The notes under the pieces: generated by a model | The model's input: the letters and a program-made list of their open reading frames with translations, nothing else | Database searches by the model: none | Told to the model about the DNA's origin: nothing | Assembly (NCBI GenBank): GCA_035574175.1 | Contig: DATLZB010000109.1 | Location: 310 to 64,309 of the forward strand | Origin: Hyphomicrobiaceae bacterium | GTDB lineage: Bacteria; Pseudomonadota; Alphaproteobacteria; Rhizobiales; Hyphomicrobiaceae | Length of the DNA: 64,000 nucleotides | Direction: 5' to 3' | Shown: positions 56,868-64,000 of the stretch, one piece after another | Numbering within the stretch: the first letter of the stretch is position 1 | Layout of the letters: every line of letters starts with the position of its first letter | Position numbers and translations under genes: made by a program

Positions 56868-57122
56868 TCACCCACGCTCCGAAACCAGGCAATCCTCCGG
56901 TTCCGTTTCATGGGGCTTGAGGCGGCTGTCGCAGACGTAAAGGGTCGAGCAGTAGGGACAGAGCACTTGATTGTCGCTGCCCATGTCGAGATAGACGTGG
57001 GGATGATCGAACGGCGGGCGTGCCCCCATGCATTGGAATTCCTTTACGCCGATGAAGATCTTCTCCGCCCCCTTGTCGTTGGCGAAGTGGGGAACGATGT
57101 TGCCGGCCATGCGATCGCTCAC
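56868..57122 (-). CDS. zinc-finger domain-containing small protein (NDUFS6 C-terminal-like)
   Basis: IGVKEFQCMGARPPFDHPHVYLDMGSDNQVLCPYCSTLY. The start is GTG 57122 or ATG 57110. Confidence 0.75.
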   Translation of the reverse strand: MSDRMAGNIVPHFANDKGAEKIFIGVKEFQCMGARPPFDHPHVYLDMGSDNQVLCPYCSTLYVCDSRLKPHETEPEDCLVSERG

Positions 57123-57218
57123 AGTTGAGACGGTATCCAGGGCCGACCATAGCGGCGGGGCGCCGGTAGTGGTAGGGGAGCCCGGGTCGCAGCAGGATCA
57201 GAGGAGGCCGGCCGGGCC

Positions 57219-57971
57219 GTGCCGACATTCAACTCAGACGGTGTCGAGATCGCCTACGTTGACAGCGGCGCGGGCGAGCCGGTGCTGCTCATTCACGGCT
57301 TTGCTTCCAACCTGCGCGTGAATTGGGTGGACACGGGCTGGATCGCCTTTCTCAACGGCGCCGGTTTCCGCGTGATCGCGCTCGACAACCGCGGACACGG
57401 ACAGAGCGCCAAGCTCTATCGGCGCGAGGACTATGGGGCGCCGATCATGGCCGAAGACGCCCGCCGCCTGCTCGACCATCTGTCGATTTCGCGCGCCGAC
57501 GTCATGGGCTACTCGATGGGCGCGCGCATCGCCGCGTTCCTCGCCCTGCGCCATCCTGAGCGCGTTCGCAGCGCCATCTTCGCCGGGCTCGGCATCAACA
57601 TGGTGCGCGGCATGGCCGGTACCGGGCCCATTGCGCGTGCCCTCGAAGCAGAAAGCATCGAGGACGTGACAAACCCGACCGCACGCACCTTCCGCGCCTT
57701 CGCGGAACAGACGAAGAGCGATCTGAAGGCGCTCGCCGCCTGCATGCGCTCCTCACGCGAGCCGCTGACGGCCGAGGCGCTGGCCAGGCTTGCCTGTCCG
57801 GTGCTGGTCGCCGTCGGCACGATGGACGTGATCGGCGGCTCGGCGAAAGAGCTTGCCGCTCTCATTCCTGGCGCCGAGGCGCTCGAGATCAGGGACCGCG
57901 ATCACATGAAGACGGTGGGCGACCGCAGCTACAAGGAGGGGGTGCTGGACTTCCTGCGACGGCGCCCGTGA
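57219..57971 (+). CDS. alpha/beta hydrolase
   Basis: VLLIHGFASN, nucleophile elbow MGYSMGARIA and C-terminal DRDHM. GTG start preceded by GAGGAGG. Confidence 0.85.
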   Translation: MPTFNSDGVEIAYVDSGAGEPVLLIHGFASNLRVNWVDTGWIAFLNGAGFRVIALDNRGHGQSAKLYRREDYGAPIMAEDARRLLDHLSISRADVMGYSMGARIAAFLALRHPERVRSAIFAGLGINMVRGMAGTGPIARALEAESIEDVTNPTARTFRAFAEQTKSDLKALAACMRSSREPLTAEALARLACPVLVAVGTMDVIGGSAKELAALIPGAEALEIRDRDHMKTVGDRSYKEGVLDFLRRRP

Positions 57972-58277
57972 GGTGGACAGGTCAGCGCGTAAAGGCCTCC
58001 GCAAGTCGACGGGCGCTGCGCAATGCTCCAACGGGGGCTTGACGGCGATCGCCTGCCGAAAACTGCGGAGGCCTTCCGCTCAAGACTCATACGCAACTTG
58101 TACGAAAACGCACTTACGGCCCCGGACACCTAGCAAATCTTGCCGGGTTGCGTCTCGAACAATCGGCAGCAGCCGATAATAACCTGTGGATAAGAAGGCC
58201 TTTGCCAAACCGTCGTCTTGTCCGTTCACGAATCGCCACTCTTTGCCAGTCGATCTCGCCTGTGGCAGGTTTGAGCC

Positions 58278-59099
58278 ATGAAGGTGCTGATCGAAGCGGG
58301 CTGGGCCGCGCTTGCGGTGCTCCTGTTTGCCGCCTTGAGCCCGGCGGCCCAGGCGGAAGTGGAGGTCGATCTCCAACTCGTTCTGGCCGTGGACGTTTCC
58401 TACTCGATGGATATCGAGGAACAGCGTCTCCAGCGCGACGGCTACGTGGCCGCGTTGCGCGACCCCACCATTCTCAAGGCGATCAAATCGGGCTTTCACG
58501 GCCGCATCGCGGTTACCTATCTCGAATGGGCAGGTCCGGAGACGCAGACCGTGATCGTGCCCTGGACGGCCATCGACGGCGCCGAAAGCGCGGAGACGGT
58601 TGCTGCGGTGCTTGCCGAACGTCCGCCCAACCGGCTGCGCATGACCTCGATCTCGAGCGCCCTTGCTTTCGCCGGCCGGCAGTTTGAAAACTCCGGCTTT
58701 CGCGGCGGCAGGCGCGTCATCGACATTTCCGGCGATGGAGTCAACAACTCCGGGCCGGTCGTTGCACCCATTCGCGAGGAGATCATCGCACGGGGCATCG
58801 TCATCAACGGCTTGCCGGTGATGGTGCGCCCTGGCTCGTCGTGGAACGCCTACGACATCATGGATCTCGACGTGTACTACGCGAACTGCGTGATCGGCGG
58901 TGAAGGGGCGTTCATGATTCCGATCAGGAACGCGTCGGAGTTCATTACCGCCACGCGGCAGAAGCTGCTGCTTGAGATTTCCGGGCTCATGCCCGAGCCG
59001 CGGCTCTACAAGGCGCAACTACGCCTGCAGCCCGCCCCTGCCGACTGCCTCGCCGCTGAGCGGCGCATCCAGCGCGACTTTGACGGCTGGCGCCGGTGA
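58278..59099 (+). CDS. DUF1194-like secreted vWA-fold protein
   Basis: Signal peptide MKVLIEAGWAALAVLLFAALSPAAQA. MIDAS-like LVLAVDVSYSMD. Also ...IDISGDGVNNSG.... Confidence 0.75.
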   Translation: MKVLIEAGWAALAVLLFAALSPAAQAEVEVDLQLVLAVDVSYSMDIEEQRLQRDGYVAALRDPTILKAIKSGFHGRIAVTYLEWAGPETQTVIVPWTAIDGAESAETVAAVLAERPPNRLRMTSISSALAFAGRQFENSGFRGGRRVIDISGDGVNNSGPVVAPIREEIIARGIVINGLPVMVRPGSSWNAYDIMDLDVYYANCVIGGEGAFMIPIRNASEFITATRQKLLLEISGLMPEPRLYKAQLRLQPAPADCLAAERRIQRDFDGWRR

Positions 59100-59178
59100 T
59101 ATCCGGCCGGGCGCGGATCTGACCGGCCGTACTCCATTTACCGTTTGTTAGCGTTACCGCGGCTAGCGTCGCGGCCAA

Positions 59179-59850
59179 ATGTATCGTGGTCGCGTTGTCC
59201 TGTTTGCGTTTGTCGCTGTCGGGGGGCTGCTCGCATGGGGGTGCAGCCAGGCGCCCTATTTCGTCGCCAAGTACGAGCCCTGGCGCGAGCAGGAGGAGCG
59301 GGCTTGCCTCGTCTCTGGCCATGTTCGCGAGAGCCAGTTCCTGTTGAGCCGGGTGTCGCTTGGCGGCCCGAGCGCCTGCGGCGCCCTTCAGCCCTTCGAG
59401 ATGTGGGCCGCCGCCAACGGCCGCGTCGCGCTGGAGCCGCGCGCTCTGTTGCGCTGTAACATGATCCCCGCGGTCGAGCGCTGGGTGCAGGGCGTGGTCG
59501 AGCCGGCTGCGCGCTACTACTACCGCGTGCCGGTGGTTGGGCTGAAGGTTGTCGGTTCCTACAGTTGCCGGCCGATCAACAACCAATACGGCGGCAAGCT
59601 CTCCGAGCACGGCCACGCCAACGCGATCGATATCGCCGAGTTCCGGCTGGCCGATGGTCGGCGCGTCAGCGTGCGCGAGGGCTGGTACGGCGATCCGCGC
59701 GACCGCGCCTTCCTGCGCTCGGTCCACAGCGGCGCCTGCCGCGAGTTCACCACCGTGCTCGGCCCCGACAACGACCGCTTTCACCACGACCATTTCCACC
59801 TCGACCTCGCCCGCCGCGGCAGCGACGGCAACGAGCGCTACTGCAAGTAA
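59179..59850 (+). CDS. extensin-like C-terminal domain protein
   Basis: N-terminal anchor or lipoprotein-like VVLFAFVAVGGLLAWGC. SEHGHANAIDIAEF...HHDHFHLDL is typical of the bacterial extensin-like family. Confidence 0.75.
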   Translation: MYRGRVVLFAFVAVGGLLAWGCSQAPYFVAKYEPWREQEERACLVSGHVRESQFLLSRVSLGGPSACGALQPFEMWAAANGRVALEPRALLRCNMIPAVERWVQGVVEPAARYYYRVPVVGLKVVGSYSCRPINNQYGGKLSEHGHANAIDIAEFRLADGRRVSVREGWYGDPRDRAFLRSVHSGACREFTTVLGPDNDRFHHDHFHLDLARRGSDGNERYCK

Positions 59851-59884
59851 CCGCCGATCCCGCCGGGATGGAACGGGCGGTTCC

Positions 59885-60184
59885 TCAGGCGCTCCTTGCG
59901 ATCACGATGTGCGTGGCGCCGGACGTGGGCACGTGCTCGGTGCGCCGATAGCCGAGCCTCAGCAGGTCGATCCCGGAGAAAAGGTGCTCGCTTGATCCGA
60001 GGAGCACCGGGGCGACCGCGAAATGCATCGCGTCGATCAGTCGGGCGCGGAGATACTGGCGGATGGCGGCGACGCCGCCGCCGAGCCTGACATCCTTTCC
60101 GTTCGCAGCCCGGCGAGCGCGCTCGAGTGCGGCTTCGATGCCGTCGGTGACGAAATGAAAGGTCGTGCCGCCCGGCTTGCCCAT
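59885..60184 (-). pseudogene. C-terminal half of a dihydrofolate reductase family (RibD C-terminal domain) protein; N-terminal half missing
   Basis: GGTTFHFVTDGIEAALERARRAANGKDVRLGGGVAAIRQYLRARLIDAMHFAVAPVLLGSSEHLF matches only the second half of about 190-aa family members. There is no SD before ATG 60184. A possible VSL...G remnant lies in another frame at 60200-60270. Confidence 0.5.
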
Positions 60185-60377
60185 GGCGGGCCTGGGCGGT
60201 CCACCCGGACAGCACGGCCGCCGTTCGGCTCAAGCGACACTCTCCGACATCTGGTGTTGTCGTATAGCAACGGCCAGAACCTGCGCTAACTTGCTAGAGT
60301 GGCGTTGGTTGGGTCGCGCGCAAACGTCCCATCGCTGCGGCCCCGTTTCCTATCCGATCGAGCGAGGGAGGCCTGTC

Positions 60378-61985
60378 ATGCTGCCGCAGCCAGAGGTCCA
60401 CCGCCGCGCGCTCGTCGTCGGCAATGCGGCTTATCCCGGCGCGCCGCTGCGCAATCCGAGCAACGATGCCACCGCGCTGGCAAAGAAGCTCGCCGAGCTG
60501 GGCTTCGAAGTGCGCACCGAGCTTGATCTCAGCGGCGAGCAGTTTCGCCGTGTGGTGGGCGAGTTCTGCAACGACCTCGCCAAAATCAGCCAGCAAGGCG
60601 CGGTAACCGAGGGTGTGTTCTTCTACGCCGGGCACGGCCTGCAGGTCGACGGAGAAAATTACCTGCTGCCCATCGACGGGCAGATCTATTCCAAGCTCGA
60701 CCTGAAGCAGCAGACGGTCGATCTCGCCGCAGTGCTGGAAGCCCTCGGTGCCGCAGCGCGCACCAGCGTCGTGATCCTCGACTGCTGCCGCGACAATCCT
60801 CTGCCGCGCACGCTGGCGCCGGGCGGGCTGTCGCGCTCGCTAAGCACGGGTCAGGGTCTTGCCAACGTGCGGGCGCCCAAAGGGGTCTATGTCGCCTTCG
60901 CCACGCAGCCGCACTTCGTGGCTCTCGACGGCACCGGCATGAACAGCCCGTTCACCGAGGCGCTGCTCGAGTACATCGACGATTCCGGCAAGCACGTCAC
61001 CGAAGTGATGATGGACGTGCGCAAGGCCGTCTACGACAAGACCGGCGGTCAGCAGATCCCGTGGGATCACTCGGCGCTGTTCGAGCCGTTCCGCTTCGCA
61101 CCGGGGACCCCCGCCGACGTCCGCGGTCTCGACGAGGCCGAGCGCGACCGGCTTCGCCAAGAGCAGGAGCGTGCCCGCGAGGACAGCTACTGGGAGGTGC
61201 TGAAGACCAGCCGGGACCCGGACTTCATCCAGAACTTCCTCGTGCAATATCCAAACAGCCGCTATCGCTCCGCCGCCCTCGACCGCATCGATCAGCTCAA
61301 GGCGCGCGCTCAGCTCAGGCGCTGGGTGCCGATCATCGCCTTGCTGTTCCTCGCCATCTATTCAGTGCAGCTCTATGGCCGCTTCACCATTCTCAGGGAG
61401 GCTGACATCCTCGGCAGCGACATCACGCCGGCGATCTCGCCGGACGAGGATGAGCGCGACGCGCCGGCGTTCGGCTATCGTACGAGCCTGTTCTGGTGCC
61501 GTGCCTACTGCTACTGGGACTCCCTGTTCGGCGATCCGCCCTGCGCTGCATTCAGCTACGAAAACGGCGTCTGCTATCCGAAGTTCGCGGCCGAGTTCTA
61601 CGGTCCCGCTCCGGTTCATTCGGAGGTGATGCCGGGCTTCGGAGCGCCGGTGCAATCCAAGTTCCGCCTGTTGTGGGACCGGGCGCTGCGCGGCGACCCG
61701 GTGGCGGAGGCGGACGTCGCCAAGGGGGCGGGCCGCAAGCTCAAACAGCGTTACGACACGGAGACCGACCGCACCTACTTCAGGGTCGAGCGCGCCTCAG
61801 AGTGCCAGTCGATCTGTGCCAATCTTCCGGGGATCTGCAAAGGCTTCACGCACACGCGGCAAACGCTGCAGTGCGAACTCTTCGGCACCTTGCGCGGGGT
61901 GGTGAAGAACGCCGACAGCGGGCTCCATGTGCACGTGCCGGCCACCTACAGCGGCTGCCCCGAGACGGAGCCCAACTGCAACTGA
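60378..61985 (+). CDS. caspase family (peptidase C14) protein with one TM helix and two C-terminal PAN/Apple-like Cys modules
   Basis: RALVVGNAAYPGAPLRNPSNDA and the catalytic His context FFYAGHGLQ (H86). Catalytic Cys context VVILDCCRDNP (C136/C137). TM helix WVPIIALLFLAIYSVQLYG (aa 316-334). Cys patterns CRAYCYWDSLFGDPPCAAFSYENGVCYPK and ECQSICANLPGICKGFTHTRQTLQCELF. GGGAGG precedes ATG 60378. Confidence 0.85.
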   Translation: MLPQPEVHRRALVVGNAAYPGAPLRNPSNDATALAKKLAELGFEVRTELDLSGEQFRRVVGEFCNDLAKISQQGAVTEGVFFYAGHGLQVDGENYLLPIDGQIYSKLDLKQQTVDLAAVLEALGAAARTSVVILDCCRDNPLPRTLAPGGLSRSLSTGQGLANVRAPKGVYVAFATQPHFVALDGTGMNSPFTEALLEYIDDSGKHVTEVMMDVRKAVYDKTGGQQIPWDHSALFEPFRFAPGTPADVRGLDEAERDRLRQEQERAREDSYWEVLKTSRDPDFIQNFLVQYPNSRYRSAALDRIDQLKARAQLRRWVPIIALLFLAIYSVQLYGRFTILREADILGSDITPAISPDEDERDAPAFGYRTSLFWCRAYCYWDSLFGDPPCAAFSYENGVCYPKFAAEFYGPAPVHSEVMPGFGAPVQSKFRLLWDRALRGDPVAEADVAKGAGRKLKQRYDTETDRTYFRVERASECQSICANLPGICKGFTHTRQTLQCELFGTLRGVVKNADSGLHVHVPATYSGCPETEPNCN

Positions 61986-62039
61986 GGCGCTGCATTCCGT
62001 CTCGATGGCTCTCGTCAGCGCCAGCCGGGCGAGGCCGGC

Positions 62040-63404
62040 TCAATCCAACTCGCGGATCTTGAAGTGCAGTCCGCCCTTGGGGGTGAGCGTGACGGTGGCG
62101 TTGACCGGGGCCGGGACGGGACCGACGTACTCGGGGCGGAAGCGCCTGAGCAGGATCGACAGGGCGAGCGTGTTCTCGACTTGGCTCATGGCGCCGCCGA
62201 TGCAGCTGCGCTTGCCGGCACCGAAGGGCAAATAGCTGTACTTGACCCGCTTCCTGGCACCGTCGCCCAGCCAGCGCTCGGGGCGGAACTCCTCCGGTTC
62301 TTCCCAGAACTTCGGGTTGTGGTGGGCGCCGTAGGCGAACATCACCACGCGGTCACCGGGACGGATGGACTTGCCGTCGATGGTATCGGGTTCGGCGGCA
62401 ACGCGGATCAGCCCCCAAATCGGCGGATAGAGCCGCATCGTCTCCTGGATGACCGCACGAGTGTAGGCAAGGGCGGAGTAGTCAGCCGCGGTCGGGGCGC
62501 GGTCGCCCACCACCTCCTCGCCTTCGCGGCGGATGCGCTCGGCGGCCTCGCCGTGCAGCCAAGTGAGATAAAGGGCCCAGGCGAGCGTCACCGCCGTGGT
62601 CTCGGTACCGGCCCACAGGTACTGCTTCAGCTCGTCGATGGCCTGCTGACGGTCGAATTCGGGAACGGCCGGATCGGCAACCGCTGCCTCGATCATCTTG
62701 AGCAAGGTGCGCTCGCGGCCCTCGCGCGGGTTGGCCGCCATCACTTCGGGCGGCACGCCGGCCCACACCTCCATGGCCTTGGCCGCGTCCTCCTCGCCGA
62801 CCTCGACCAGCTCGCCCGCCTGCATCCGCAAGCGGATCGATTTGTGGTTCATGACGTCGGTGTAGGTCTTGACGCACTTGAACACCACATGCGGGTTGAA
62901 CGGCATGTCGCGGTCGAAGAGCGCCTTGCAGATCATGTCGGCGGCGAGCGTCCAGGTCTGCTCGACCATCTCCACCGTCTCGCCAGTCCGCGCCAGCTTG
63001 CCCCACAGCTCCATCTTGGAGCGGATGGCGGCGAGGAAATAGGGAATGTACTCGCCGAACATGTCGGGATGGAACGCCGGCTGTTGCGGCATGCGGATCT
63101 TTTGCCACAGCGCGCCGTCGTGGGTGATCATCGACTTGCCGAAGATCGGCTTCAGGCCATCGAAATACTTGATGTAGTTATCGGCCTTGGTGACCAGAAC
63201 GTGCTTGAAGTGCTCGGGGTCGGACAGGAACACCACCCGTTCGTTGCCGATGTTGACCGCGATCACGCTGCCATAGCGCTCGGTCATCGCCATCAGCGTT
63301 CGCATCGGGTTGTGGGGGTCGCTCTTAAGGAGCGTCGTCAGCTTGAACCAAACGCTCGACTCCGCGCCGAGCTGGTGCGCCTGTGTCGGTGTGGCTGCGT
63401 TCAT
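62040..63404 (-). CDS. cytochrome P450
   Basis: Heme-thiolate loop FGAGKRSCIGGAMS, I-helix WAGTETTA and ExxR ETMR. 454 aa. Confidence 0.9.
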   Translation of the reverse strand: MNAATPTQAHQLGAESSVWFKLTTLLKSDPHNPMRTLMAMTERYGSVIAVNIGNERVVFLSDPEHFKHVLVTKADNYIKYFDGLKPIFGKSMITHDGALWQKIRMPQQPAFHPDMFGEYIPYFLAAIRSKMELWGKLARTGETVEMVEQTWTLAADMICKALFDRDMPFNPHVVFKCVKTYTDVMNHKSIRLRMQAGELVEVGEEDAAKAMEVWAGVPPEVMAANPREGRERTLLKMIEAAVADPAVPEFDRQQAIDELKQYLWAGTETTAVTLAWALYLTWLHGEAAERIRREGEEVVGDRAPTAADYSALAYTRAVIQETMRLYPPIWGLIRVAAEPDTIDGKSIRPGDRVVMFAYGAHHNPKFWEEPEEFRPERWLGDGARKRVKYSYLPFGAGKRSCIGGAMSQVENTLALSILLRRFRPEYVGPVPAPVNATVTLTPKGGLHFKIRELD

Positions 63405-63641
63405 CGCTCAGATCGTTCTGTTGTGGTCGCAACGGAGCCTCATCGGGCCCTTCCCGCTGGACGGCATCCTTCCGCCCGGGGACCGTGCATCGATCGCCGA
63501 CCCGGATCGAGAATCCTTCCGGGGACGGGGCTTGTGGCGGCCGCAATCCGTGCCTAACACCAGCTCCAGCACCATGTCCATAGACCCATGGTAGTGCGGC
63601 AAGGAGGCGCCATGTGGCCCATCCACAGCATCCGTTTCATA

Positions 63642-64000
63642 CTATGTTGCTCTAAAGCCTCTCTCCAACGGGGGCGAGAAAAGGGCGTCCTGCTGGTAAA
63701 CGCCACCCGACGTGATAACGCGGCCGCCCTCCATCCTGGCTGTTCCCTCCGAAACAAGGCGCAGCGCCAGCGGATAAAGCCGGTGCTCCGCTTCCAGGAC
63801 GCGGGCCGCCAGACTGTCGGGCGTATCATCGGTGGCGACCGCAACTGCTGCTTGCGCGACGATTGGCCCGGCGTCCATCTCCGGCACCACGAAGTGCACG
63901 GTGCAGCCGGAAATCCTGACCCCGGCCGCCAGCACGCGAGCGTGCGTATCAAGGCCGGGAAAGGCCGGCAGCAGCGAGGGATGGATGTTGAGCATGCGGC
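63642..64000 (-). CDS. purN: phosphoribosylglycinamide formyltransferase (3' part; the 5' end lies beyond the window)
   Basis: LNIHPSLLPAFPGLDTHARVL..GV...GCTVHFV..EMDAGPI is the PurN catalytic region. The reading frame stays open to the window edge. Confidence 0.85.
   Translation of the reverse strand, partial: RMLNIHPSLLPAFPGLDTHARVLAAGVRISGCTVHFVVPEMDAGPIVAQAAVAVATDDTPDSLAARVLEAEHRLYPLALRLVSEGTARMEGGRVITSGGVYQQDALFSPPLERGFRAT

Noticed and set aside
63612-64000. A plus-strand ORF with a strong AAGGAGG 4 nt upstream of ATG 63612, open to the window end.
   Set aside because: It runs antisense to the clearly recognisable purN. Its translation (MWPIHSIRFILCCSKASLQRGREKG...RQRIKPVLRF...) is Arg-rich and motif-free. 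The SD-like sequence is probably coincidental.

Overview
GC-rich chromosomal segment that looks alphaproteobacterial (Hyphomicrobiales/Rhizobiales-like). Supporting traits are a tRNA-His without G-1, two-subunit GlyRS (glyQ/glyS), a phasin, sitABCD and a RibBX-type ribB. All calls come from reading the supplied translations and the DNA by eye; no database search was run, so family names rest on recognised motifs. I call about 65 protein genes and one tRNA. I saw no rRNA, CRISPR array, transposase, integrase or phage genes. Most of the window is housekeeping: ppdK, ribB, ruvX, gatC/gatA/gatB, glyQ/glyS, ispB, ispE, ETF-QO, UDG and partial purN. Two accessory catabolic clusters are interleaved with these. 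The first (8.8-16.0 kb) combines an LLM monooxygenase, a flavin reductase, an isochorismatase-like hydrolase, two alpha/beta hydrolases, a Bug/TctC binding protein, an FAH-family enzyme and a DapA-family aldolase. That enzyme set resembles the Rut pyrimidine pathway, but the monooxygenase is not RutA-like. The second (30.2-34.8 kb) is hyuA-hyuB-SDR. The observations most worth a second look are: (1) a membrane-spanning caspase-family protein with two extracytoplasmic PAN/Apple-like Cys modules (60378-61985); (2) the Rut-like cluster; (3) a 1.07-kb gap (34776-35845) holding a triple-frameshifted relic of a beta-alpha nitrile hydratase operon, followed by a roughly 300-nt hairpin-dense segment that ends in a perfect 12-bp GC hairpin; (4) a decayed duplicate of the gatB 3' end just downstream of gatB; (5) a TGCAA-repeat Mur/Fur-like operator in front of sitA. 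I cannot show that any of these is a truly undescribed system. The caspase-TM-PAN protein and the Rut-like cluster are the best candidates.
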